Shown here: piece after piece, positions 23,201 through 33,229 of the stretch | Position numbering within the stretch: position 1 is the stretch's first letter | Layout: every line of letters begins with the position of its first letter | Assembly (NCBI GenBank): GCA_019828565.1 | Contig: JAHDYR010000003.1 | Span: 124,001-188,000, forward strand | Source of the DNA: Carpediemonas membranifera BICM | Taxonomy: Eukaryota > Protista > Fornicata | DNA length: 64,000 nt | Direction: 5' to 3' | Translations under genes and position numbers: made by a program | The notes under the pieces: generated by a model | Database searches by the model: none | Told to the model about the DNA's origin: nothing | Seen by the model: the letters and a program-made list of their open reading frames with translations, nothing else

Positions 23201-26200
23201 ACACCAGTGACAGCAGACTCGCCGCCGACGCAGTATGACCCGGCGGGGCAAGTCTCGCAGTCGCCCTCGGCCTCAGCGCCAGTGGTCGACCTGAACGCGC
23301 CAGGAGGGCAATCCACAGGGGCGGCGACACCGGCCTCGCAGTACTGGCCAACGGGGCAGGGCTCGTTGGTCAGCTCGGGGATCTTGTCCTGGCCCGTGGG
23401 GCAGTAGAGCCCGGCACTGCAGACCTGGGCGGTCATCTCAGTCTGGGTGGTGGTCTCGGTCCAGCAGTAGTGGCCCGCGGTGCACGAGGTGCAGGCAGAC
23501 GCACCCGAGGCAGAATATGAGCCGGCCGTGCACTCGGCGGGGTCAGAAGTCTCCAGCCCGCAGTAGTACCCGGCGGGGCACGTGGCGCACTCAGACCCGA
23601 GCACGCCTGGCCCCGCACTCTGGGCGCCCGTGACGCTGGAGAATGTGGTGGCGGGGCACTGGGTTGGGGCGGAGCTGCCTTCGGGGCAGTAGTTCCCAGT
23701 GGGGCAGGGGTCGCAGCACAGGTCGTTCTTCTGGCCCGTCAGAGGGTTGTATGTGCCGGCCGCACAGGGGTGCTGGGTGGCAGATGAAGTACCCTCAGGG
23801 CAGTAGTGGCCTGCAGGGCAGGGCGAGGTCGGGTCAGTCGAGGCCTGCAGACAATAGGAACCCTCAGGGCAAATAATACAGTTGGCAGCAGATATCTGAC
23901 CCGTATTGTTATTGAATGTTCCAGCAGCACAGGGGTACTCCGTGTCAAACGTCGTCCCGGCCGGACAATAGTGGCCAGTTGGGCACGTGGCAGGGGGGGT
24001 CGTGCCGCCCGTCCCTTCGAGGCAGTAATACCCCTCGGGGCAAATCTCGCACTCGATCGAGTCTGTCAGATTCGTCAGGTCAGTGAATGTCCCGGCCGGG
24101 CAGGGGTACTCCGTGGTGGAGACGGTGCCGGTGGGGCAGTAGTGGCCGGCCGCGCAGGATATGACAGGCGTGACGGTACCAGTGCCGGAGCAGACGAAGC
24201 TGGCCGTGCATGCCGTGCAGCTGGCCTGGGAGCTCCCGCCCGTGGTCTCGCGGTACGTGCCATCCGGGCAGGGGGTCGGGGCCGTTGAAGCCTGGAGACA
24301 GTAGTGGCCGGCTGGGCAGGTCTCGCAATCTCCGGTGTTCTCAGCGGCGACGTTTGAATAGAACGAACCAGCGGGGCACGGTGTGGCGGCGTAAGAGCCG
24401 GCGTTGGCCTCGCAGTAGTAGCCTGCCGGGCATGGAATCTCGCGGGATGAGCCAGATGGGCAGTAGAAGCCAGCATCGCAGTCGATGCAAGTCGCGGATG
24501 AGGTTGCCCCGGTCGTGGGTGAGTACGTTCCTGCGCCGCACGGGTTGGCGCGAGCAGTGGCAGTGCCGTCGGGGCAGTAGTACCCAGCGGGGCAGACGTA
24601 CTTGTCACCCTGGTCGGCGGGGTTTGTGATGCCGGAGGGGCAGTAGTATCCCTCAGGGCACGTGGTGCACTCACCGGCGGCACCCAGGCCAGTTGAAGCT
24701 CCGTAAGTGCCAGCGGCGCAGGGGAACTGCGCGGTCGTCCCGGAGAGGCAGTAGTACCCGATGGAGCAGATCGACGCGGCAGGGGTGGCCGTGTCGGACG
24801 TGGCCGGGCAGACGTAGCCGGCGTCACAGGCAGTGCAGGTTATCGCACCCGCCTCCGAGTAGGACCCGGCGGGGCAGCCAGAGGGGCCGCTGGATGCGGA
24901 GGGGCACTCGTAGCCGGCCGGGCAGATCGTGCAGGTCGTGGCGCCCTCGGCAGAGTACCAGCCCGAGGCGCAGGCGACGGGCGCGACACTGCTGTCGGCG
25001 CACTTGTAGCCAGCGGGGCAGGTGGTGCAGATGGTGGTGCCGCCGAGCGAGTACGATCCCGATGAGCAAGCCTTCATAGTGCCGACCTTATCGGGGCAGT
25101 AAGACCCGGTGTCACACGCGGTGCAAGACGTCGCACCGCCGGTCGAGTACTCACCAGCGTCACACGCTGTGACAATGGCGGCATCGGTGTCGGGGCAGTA
25201 GTAGCCTTCGGGGCAGACAGTACAGGCTGTCGACCCGGCAACGGCGTACTCACCGGAGGAGCAGGCTACGGGCGTGGAAACGGTGTCAGCACACGCAGAC
25301 CCAGCGGGGCACGTGGTACATGAGGTGGACTTTGCCAGCGAGTACTGCCCGAGGTCACAGGGCACGCGGTCAGAGATGCTACCACTGGGGCAGGCGTACC
25401 CGGCCTCGCACGGCGTGCATGAGGTGGCCCCGCTGTCGGAGTACTCGCCCTCAGCACATGCAGTGACTGTCGCGGCGTCCGTATCCGGGCAGTAGAAGCC
25501 CTCAGGGCACTCGGTGCAGTCTGTCGACCCAGCCTCGCTATAGTAGCCAGCGAGGCAGCTGACGATGCCAGTGCCGTCGGCGTTGGGGCAGGCCTGACCA
25601 GCGGGGCACTCCGTGCAGGCGGTCGCGCTCCCGGTGGAGTAATAGCCTGCGGCGCATGCGACAATACTGTCTGCGGGCGTCACGGCGTAGTACCCGGCGG
25701 GGACTGCGAGGCAGGCGTAGGTCGTCGGGTTGACGTACTGGCCGCTGGAGCAGGCCACGGGGGCGGAGGACGTCGTCGGGCATCCGTAGCCCGCCGGGCA
25801 GGTGGTGCAGGATGTGTCACCAGCCAGGGCATACGTGCCTAGCGGGCACGTTGTGGGTGTCGCCGAGCAGGTTGACCCGGCCGTGCACTCGGTGCAGGAG
25901 GTTGACATGGCTGTCGAGTAGAAGCCAGCGGGACAGGCCGTCGCAGTGGTCTTGTCAGAGCATTCGTAGCCGGCGGGACATGCAATGCAGGACTGCTGAC
26001 CAGTGGCGCTCTGATAGTAGCCGTTGGCGCAAGCGACGTGCGCCTCGTCGGGGCTGGGGCAGTAGTACCCGGCCTCGCAGTCGACGCACGACTGTCTGTT
26101 CGAGGCCACGTACTGGCCGTCCGCACAAGCACTCGGCGACGCCGGATCGGAGCACTCGTAGCCGTCAGGACACGTGCTGCACGAGGTCGACCCGGCGGGC

Positions 26201-26740
26201 GCATAGGACCCGGCCGAGCAGGCCACGGGAGACGAGGACGGCGTGGCACACTTGAATCCCTCGGGACAGACAGTGCATGACGTCGCGCTGCCACTGGAAT
26301 AGTAGCCGTATGAGCATGGGACTGGCGCGGACGTCGTCGTAAGACACGCGGACCCGGCGGGGCACGACGTGCACGTTGATGCACCACTGAGCGCGTATGT
26401 GCCGCTCGAGCATGTCAGACAGGACGACGCGCCGGCACTCGAGTAGGTTCCAGCGGGGCAGGTCGCACACGCCGAACCAGCAAGGGAGTACGTGCCTGCC
26501 GCGCAATCTGTGCAGTCGGAAGCTGCCGTAGAGCCAGTACCAGAGGTAGATGTACCTGCTGAGCAGGCTGTGGCCGTATATCCATCGGTGCAACTGTGTG
26601 AGGGGGAATGCGGCAACGAACTAAAACCCTGAGGGGCAAGGGAGACATTCGCCGATGAAATCGGGATGGACGTATTCTCCAGCCGAACACGCCAAGGCCA
26701 CCGCGATAAAGAGAGAAATTAACAGGATAAGCTTCTTCAT
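8223..26740 (-). CDS. Giant cysteine-rich (GCC2/GCC3, ephrin-receptor-like repeat) type-I membrane protein, ~6,160 aa; frame interrupted by 6 small indels
   Basis: Signal peptide MKKLILLISLFIAVALA from ATG 26740, intron 26594-26621, ~4,000 aa of CxAGxYC repeats, TM helix at ~13440-13515, long cytoplasmic coiled coil. Reconstructed from ORFs 22342..26616, 11109..22907, 10619..11743, 8443..11232 and 8223..8837. Confidence 0.85.
19090..20951 (-). repeat. Internal tandem duplication (~785-nt period) in the Cys-rich gene
   Basis: ~19090-19382 near-identical to ~20659-20951; ~19927-20056 is a third partial copy; ~19532-19678 matches ~20315-20461. Confidence 0.9.
26594..26621 (-). other. Spliceosomal intron, 28 nt
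   Basis: GTTCGT...CTCAC-ACAG; removal gives CPSGF-Y-CTDG, matching the repeat consensus and attaching the signal peptide. Confidence 0.9.
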
Positions 26741-27056
26741 CGTCGTTGGATGGGTATTTTCGCGATAAATTTATGTGAGCCTCGGCGCCGCACAGGGCGT
26801 CGATGGCCACGCGACTGGCGTCCAGACTCATTCAGGGGTTGGGCGCTTGATTTTGGCGCTTCACTTGAGCCTATTTGAGATTTGCTCTAAAGAATGCTTC
26901 CAAAGGCATTCCAAGTCACTTCACGTCTAGTTGTGCCCATATATGAGTCAGGCACGATACACCGTGGCACAAAAAGCAATGTGCAGGTTTACCCACTACT
27001 GTGATGTCATGACGGCGATGACACGCCTTTGTACGAAGGAACTGCAGCATTAACGC

Positions 27057-28037
27057 ATGATGGAAGCTGATTCATCACCATCAGTCGACAATAACGTCTC
27101 AACGTTCAGCGTCAGCCCCGCCTCGGTTCGTTCCAGTCCAGTGGCGCACTACGCCAAAGAAGAACGCAAACCAGCTATTCCCCCGCGTCTGTTGTACGTT
27201 ATTCTTCTCGGAGCATTCCTCTTTGCTGTTCCCTTGACTATATCATTCGTGTTTGCCTCAGACATCTTCGAGGACCTTGATCGCGAAGAGGCGAAGTTCC
27301 AGCATCAACACGTCACAGAGGCATTTGACCTCGAGCAGGACCTCAGGGCACACATAACAGAGGCACTGGCGATGTCTGCTAGCACTGAGCTTGTCTCCTA
27401 CGTACGGGGTGAGCTCGCTGAGTTCCAGACACCAGAATCACTCCGCAGGATTCTCAAGCTTATCTACAGCTCAGTAGAGGATATGAGGGCCGCGGATACC
27501 CCCTCCAGCATGACACAGGGGGAGAGTCGACTTCCCCCGGTCGACCTCGAGCGGGATCCCGAGGGAGTTCACCGTACAAGGGATTACGAGCCGGTGGATG
27601 TGCCTGAAGACGAAGTGTTCACAGAGGCCGAGGGGAGTTTGTTGGACGACATGACGGACGGGCCTGACTGGGATGAGGGTGACCATGGGCGGCAAGGGCA
27701 CATTGACGAAGGCGTGGGCCAGGGCAGTCGGGAGAGAGGTCAAGATATGGACGAGGAGAGAGAAGAAGCCAGGGACGAGACCAGGGATCAGGACAGGGAC
27801 ATGGACCGCGAGCGTGTTCCTGAGCCTGAAGAAGAACACGAGGAGGAGCGTGAGGAGGAACGTTGGCACGAGCACGAGGATGAGGATGAGCATGAGCATG
27901 ATCATGACTGTGAAGAAGAGCACGAGAAAGACCACGACCAGGATGACCTTGAGCCCGAGGAGTCTCCCGAGACCCCTGCCGCTGAGGAGCCCGAGGAGTA
28001 CCAGCCGTGGGCAGAAGCCCTTAACTCCGTCCTTTAA
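27057..28037 (+). CDS. Single-pass membrane protein with acidic, His-rich tail, 326 aa
   Basis: TM LLYVILLGAFLFAVPLTISFVFA; tail HEHEDEDEHEHDHDCEEEHEKDHD. Confidence 0.7.
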   Translation: MMEADSSPSVDNNVSTFSVSPASVRSSPVAHYAKEERKPAIPPRLLYVILLGAFLFAVPLTISFVFASDIFEDLDREEAKFQHQHVTEAFDLEQDLRAHITEALAMSASTELVSYVRGELAEFQTPESLRRILKLIYSSVEDMRAADTPSSMTQGESRLPPVDLERDPEGVHRTRDYEPVDVPEDEVFTEAEGSLLDDMTDGPDWDEGDHGRQGHIDEGVGQGSRERGQDMDEEREEARDETRDQDRDMDRERVPEPEEEHEEEREEERWHEHEDEDEHEHDHDCEEEHEKDHDQDDLEPEESPETPAAEEPEEYQPWAEALNSVL

Positions 28038-28158
28038 TGTAAATACGACCTGCTGCCCTCTAGGGCGTGTTCATTTGATTAGCACACGTGCTCGATTTAC
28101 TGCGATACATGAGCAATCATAACTTCTTGAACAAACGATAACGAACGCAAACGCGAAC

Positions 28159-30045
28159 ATGGCCGATATCCTGGATCCTCTGAGCCTACTGCATGATGTT
28201 TTGAACGATGTAGGAATGGATATCCAGCGCCTGGAGAGCGAACTGGGCCTTGATGAGCCGGCATCAACTCCGCCAGCGATGGTTCGCCAGTTCTCCCAGG
28301 AGATTCGCCCTACACTCGCGAGAACGAGCTTGTATACACCACATTCCAACACACGCACGTCCAGGTTCAGTTCCGCGGACAGCCAGCACCCTTCGACCGG
28401 TACTCTGATCTCTCGGCGAGTGTACGACCGCCCCAGCTACATGGCCGCCATCAGCCCCACGGCCATCCCCCGCAGTGACCGCGATAAGACATACATCGAG
28501 GCCAAGCGCCGTGCCAACGACTTCCGACGGACTCAGCTCGAGTCATTCACCCCACAGCCCAAGAAGCTGTCAAAGCTGGCCTCCCCTCAGACCCCGGTGC
28601 CACAGATCGCCAGGCGCCGGGCGTCTGTAGCCTCAGTGCACTCTATCAGGGAGTCCCCCCTCACCAGTGCGCGGGACGACGTCAGGGCAGCGGAGGCCCG
28701 CCAGTACGAGGCCGAGCTGCAGTCCAGACAGAAGGCCATCGCCGCCCTCGGTGTCGGCTCGGTCCGTGACTACAAGCGCTACGTCGGACTGACCCTCGAG
28801 GAGCGTGCCCAGTGCGATACCGGGCTGACCCGGTTCCAGGCGCTGTGGCGGGCCCACGTAGTCCGGAACAGTCTGAAACAGCCCCTAAAACTGCACCGCA
28901 AGAGACAGCGTGTGGTGCTGGAGCTGTTGGACACCGAGGAGCGGTTCCACACGGCCCTGTGCACGATGGTCGACCGGTACTACAAGCCCCTCGTCACAGC
29001 AGACCTGCTGCCCGCTGCGGTGGTCGAGGCCATCATCCCGACCGACGCGATCAACCAGATCCTGGCGATATCCGCCAAGATCCGCGCGGCGCTGTCCCAA
29101 CGCCTCTTCCATGGCTACGGGCTGTACACGAGGGTCGGGGACACGCTGCTGCCTCTGCTTGACGGGCTCATGGTCTACTCGCCCTACATCAACGGGTTCG
29201 ACCGTATGATGAAGGCTCTGACCGACGCCAAGGCGCAGTGCCCCGAGCTGGACGCCTGGCTGGGGGACGTGGCGTCGGGCGGGCTGGACCTCTCGTCGTA
29301 CCTCATCATGCCCGTCCAGCGGATCCCTAGGCTCGAGCTGCTGATACGGGACATCAAGAAAGACGTGCCCGAGGGCCACCCCGACCACGCCGACCTCGAC
29401 GCGGTGTTCGAGGGACTCAAACGGATCGGACAGTTCATCAACGAGAACAAGCGCACCGAGGAATCCCGCCAGGCCGTGGAGACGTTCGAGCGGGGCGTGC
29501 GGGGTCTGCCCGACGGCGTGCTCCTGAGTGCCCCCGGTCGCCGTATGATCAAGCAGGGCGCCGGACTCAAGCGGAGCAAGCTGCAGCAGGCCCGGACGAC
29601 GGCCGTTACTGCGGCCCTGATGACGGGCGTGCTCGTGCTGGCGGACGAGAAGAAGGACCGTCTCGAGTTTACGAGGGCCATTCCCCTGCACGACGCGACC
29701 ATCACGGACCTCAGGCCGTTCGGGCTGGGCGAGTGCATCGGCGTCAGCGACCCCTCGGGCACAGGCTGCGTGCTGGCCTTCGACACTGCCGCGGAGAGGG
29801 AGGCCTGGGTCCAAGCGCTCCACCTCGCCATCTCGGACGCCGCCCTCGCCGACCCCGAGCTCAGCGCCATCGACGAGGTGCTGAGCGGTGGGTTCGACAC
29901 GCCCATGACGGAGTCCCCCGCGTTGACTCCGAAGCTGTCAATGGGCCGACTGGCCCCGGACCAGACTGTCTACCTGACAACGCAGGAGACGTTCGGGGCA
30001 GAGATGGATTCACCCTTGAGTCAGCTCCTGCCGCTATCGGAATAA
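28159..30045 (+). CDS. Dbl-family RhoGEF (IQ-DH-PH), 628 aa
   Basis: IQ-like FQALWRAHVVR; DH motifs RQRVVLELLDTEERF, LSSYLIMPVQRIPRLELL, HPD, INENKR; PH end EREAWVQAL. Confidence 0.92.
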   Translation: MADILDPLSLLHDVLNDVGMDIQRLESELGLDEPASTPPAMVRQFSQEIRPTLARTSLYTPHSNTRTSRFSSADSQHPSTGTLISRRVYDRPSYMAAISPTAIPRSDRDKTYIEAKRRANDFRRTQLESFTPQPKKLSKLASPQTPVPQIARRRASVASVHSIRESPLTSARDDVRAAEARQYEAELQSRQKAIAALGVGSVRDYKRYVGLTLEERAQCDTGLTRFQALWRAHVVRNSLKQPLKLHRKRQRVVLELLDTEERFHTALCTMVDRYYKPLVTADLLPAAVVEAIIPTDAINQILAISAKIRAALSQRLFHGYGLYTRVGDTLLPLLDGLMVYSPYINGFDRMMKALTDAKAQCPELDAWLGDVASGGLDLSSYLIMPVQRIPRLELLIRDIKKDVPEGHPDHADLDAVFEGLKRIGQFINENKRTEESRQAVETFERGVRGLPDGVLLSAPGRRMIKQGAGLKRSKLQQARTTAVTAALMTGVLVLADEKKDRLEFTRAIPLHDATITDLRPFGLGECIGVSDPSGTGCVLAFDTAAEREAWVQALHLAISDAALADPELSAIDEVLSGGFDTPMTESPALTPKLSMGRLAPDQTVYLTTQETFGAEMDSPLSQLLPLSE

Positions 30046-30088
30046 ATTGGACGATTTATGATAATCTAAGCTGCAACAATGCCACTGC

Positions 30089-31385
30089 TCAGTCGAGTTC
30101 AATGACTTCAACAGGACTCTCTACCAGGACGGGCATCCCTATCTCGGGCAGTGCGGCCTCATCCTCAAGACGGGGTCGTCTTGGGATAAACTCCGACCGG
30201 GCCTGTGGCTGGCTAGGGTCGAGGTCTATAACCTCGAGGCTCTTCCGCTTCTGGGGCTGCGGGGTCTGGCTGAGGAATGGGATCAGAGTGGAGCGGTCGG
30301 TTGACAGATCCATGCAATCTTTCAGATGCGCCTTGATCTTCTTGGCCTCTTCCGGAGCTGTGGACACAATCGACTGCACCCGCTTTGGCCCGAGGACCCG
30401 CACTAGAGCCCTAGCTTCGCTGAACGACGAGTGCTCGCTGTATGCAAGGGTAAGCAGCATTGCCTGGCCAGAACAGTCGGGGTGGGTCGCTGTCTTGACG
30501 AGGGTGCCCGTGCCGTTGCGGGGGTTGGTGTGGGTCCAGCCCGTGGCGACGACCCCGACGACTGAGGTGAATCCCGCCTGGACTGCATGCTCGAGGAGGC
30601 CGGGCATGCCCTTGAACGAGACGCCCTTAGCCACGTGGACTTGCGCGGTGACGTCTGTGGCAGTGAAATACTTGGCCACGATGGCAGGGGGGTACATCAC
30701 TGATAGGAGGGCCAGCTTGGCCTCGGACACGTTCACACGGGTGTGGAGCGCGTCCGCTAGGGCAAAGAGGACCTTCTCCTTTCCAATCTTGTATGTTGCC
30801 ACCACGAACAGTCTGTCAGGCCTGTTGAGTTCGAGTGCTCTCGTCGTCAGGGCGTCGAGGACTGCACGTTGGGCCGGGAACTCCCAACGCGGGCTGAGGT
30901 ACGTCGTGTCCAAGAATATTGTCTCGATGTCGCCCGCTAGTCCTGCTATCGCGTCCGCGCTCTCCCGATCCATGTCCGCCGGGTGGTACCGGAAGTCGCC
31001 CGTGAACAGTACCCGCCGCTTGCCTTGGCGGATGAGGAACATGCATGCGCCAGGGCAGTGGTTGGCGTCGAGGGCAGTGATGTAGACTCCCGTGCCATCG
31101 ATCTCGACTGGCTTGTTGAGTTGGAGGGGTCTGAAATGGTTCTGGAGGATGCCGATGTCCTGAACAGCAAGGGCGATCGTTATGGGCGTTGCAAAGATCG
31201 GTCCGTACTTCCAGTTCTGTGTAATGGGTTGTTTTGTGGCGTACCTTGTTCAGGCCACCGTAATGGTCGCTATGATAGTGTGTGAGGCCGTAGAACGCAA
31301 ACTCAGGGCTTTTGAGAGCAAAACCATCAATCAGCATTGAAATGCCGCTTAGTGGGACCTTGCAAGCCTTCAATCGCGGATCCAT
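30089..31385 (-). CDS. SNM1: SNM1/PSO2 (DCLRE1) metallo-beta-lactamase/beta-CASP DNA crosslink-repair nuclease, ~422 aa, 2 exons
   Basis: THYHSDHYGGL, DANHCPG, FTGDFR, LDTTY, YKIGKEK, YSEHSSF; intron 31217-31244. Confidence 0.92.
31217..31244 (-). other. Spliceosomal intron, 28 nt
   Basis: GTACGC...ATTAC-ACAG; removal gives GGLNK-NWKYGPIF. Confidence 0.9.
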
Positions 31386-31682
31386 TTCATCTGCTCTTTG
31401 CCGTCAGCCTTGCTCGCCTGAAGCGCAGTTTTCGACCATGGTCACAACTGAGCCTTGCAGCCTCAAGACTGGCGCTGACACATCCAATGGCTGCCCAGTA
31501 AGCGCAGCAGGGTGGACATGTCAGCATCATTTGAAGTATGGCAGCTGGAGCAGCTGCGGGAAGGCTACTGCCATTCAGGACGTGGCTTGAGAGTTGTCAT
31601 TCGAATTGACGAATTACATTCAGTTCCGTAAATCATGTAACGGAAGGTCGCAACTGAACAACCACTCTCCTTCTGCCGCTCA

Positions 31683-33148
31683 ATGAGTCAGGAGATTCGA
31701 AAGCGAATCGACAAATATGAAGTGGGCCGTACGATCGGGAGTGGTGCATTTGGGAAGTCTGTCTTGCTCTTGTTCGCTAACACAGGGTCAAATACGGCGT
31801 CAATACCGTGACTGGGGAGGCGGTTGCCATCAAAATCCTCGACAGGCAACGTCTATCGAGGGCTAACATGTCTGCACAGATCAAGAAGGAGATCCGTGTT
31901 CTCAAAGCGCTGAATCACGATTCCATCGTCCGTCTTCACGACGTACTCACGTCCAAGACCAAAATCTTCCTAGTCATGGAGCTTATCACGGGTGGAGAGC
32001 TGTTCGAGCGCCTTGCTACTAGCGGCAAGTTCTCAGAGAGCACGGGCCGCATGTTCCTCCACCAGCTCGTCAGCGGGCTCGACTACATGCACAAGAAGGG
32101 CATCGCCCACCGCGACCTCAAGCCTGAGAACCTGCTACTCAACGCAGACGGCGACCTGAAGATCTCCGACTTTGGTCTTGCCTCCGAGGACGCCGCCCGT
32201 ATAATTAAGACGGTCTGCGGTACCCCAAACTACATCGCCCCCGAGATCCTTCGCTCCCAGCCGTACGACGGCAAGCGTGCGGACATCTGGTCTGTCGGAG
32301 TGATTCTGTACGTCATGCTCGCGGGGTTCATGCCGTTTGAAGACCCCTCGCAGCAGACACTCATCAGAAACATCGTAGAAGCACGGTACAACTGCCCCTC
32401 ATGGTTCAGCGAGGACGCCAGAGACCTCATTTCCAAGATGATCAACCCCGACGTTGCCCAGCGGATCACGATCCCCGACATCCTGGCCCACCCATGGATG
32501 CTGGTTGACAGCGAGAGCCGCTGCCCCTCGCCCACCAAGCCGAAGCAGGTGAGCAAGACGTACACGGAGGCCGAGGGCGAGAAGGTGCATGCCCCGCCCG
32601 ACATCACGGCGTTTGACGTCATTGGCCTCAGCGGGGCACTCAACCTCACGCCGATGCTCAACCGGGACGTGGAGGAGAAGGGCCTGGGGATATTCAGGGC
32701 CACGTGCTTCGTATCGCACTATGCACCGCTCCAGATCCTCGAGGCGCTGCTGCCTGTGCTCCAAAGACTGAAGGCGAACTGCCAGATACACGAGCCAACG
32801 TTCAAGATGAGGGTGTCTGCGCCGACGATGAACGGGATCCTACAGATCAGCGTTCAGGTCTTCCGGATCACGGACAACCGGTTCATTGCGGAGTTCCGTC
32901 GCAACAGCGGCGACGTCCTTGACTTCCATTCGTTCTTCAATGATGTGCTCGAAAACATCCCGTCCGACCTCATTGACACGACGCACTACGCCGCGAACGG
33001 GCAGAAGGGGTTGAAACTCATCCTGCAGCGGCGAAAGCAGAGCGTGGCGATGATGCAGAAGGCCTTTACGATGGGGTCCCGCAAGCATAGGGGGCGGGCG
33101 GACAGCAAGCTTCCGCCGATGAGCGGCGAGGACTCAGATGACTTTTGA
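31683..33148 (+). CDS. CBL-interacting (CIPK/SnRK3-like) Ser/Thr kinase, ~478 aa, 2 exons
   Basis: After splicing: KYEVGRTIGSGAFGKVKYG; HRDLKPENLLL, SDFGL, CGTPNYIAPE; NAF/FISL-like motif ITAFDVIGLSGALNL. Confidence 0.88.
31757..31785 (+). other. Spliceosomal intron, 29 nt
   Basis: GTCTGT...CTAAC-ACAG; restores the kinase Gly-rich loop. Confidence 0.93.
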
Positions 33149-33229
33149 TGACATATTCAATTGACGCAACGACTCTATTTATGCCGTAACGGAGATATTA
33201 CATAACCGGTAGATTTTATAAATGGCATG

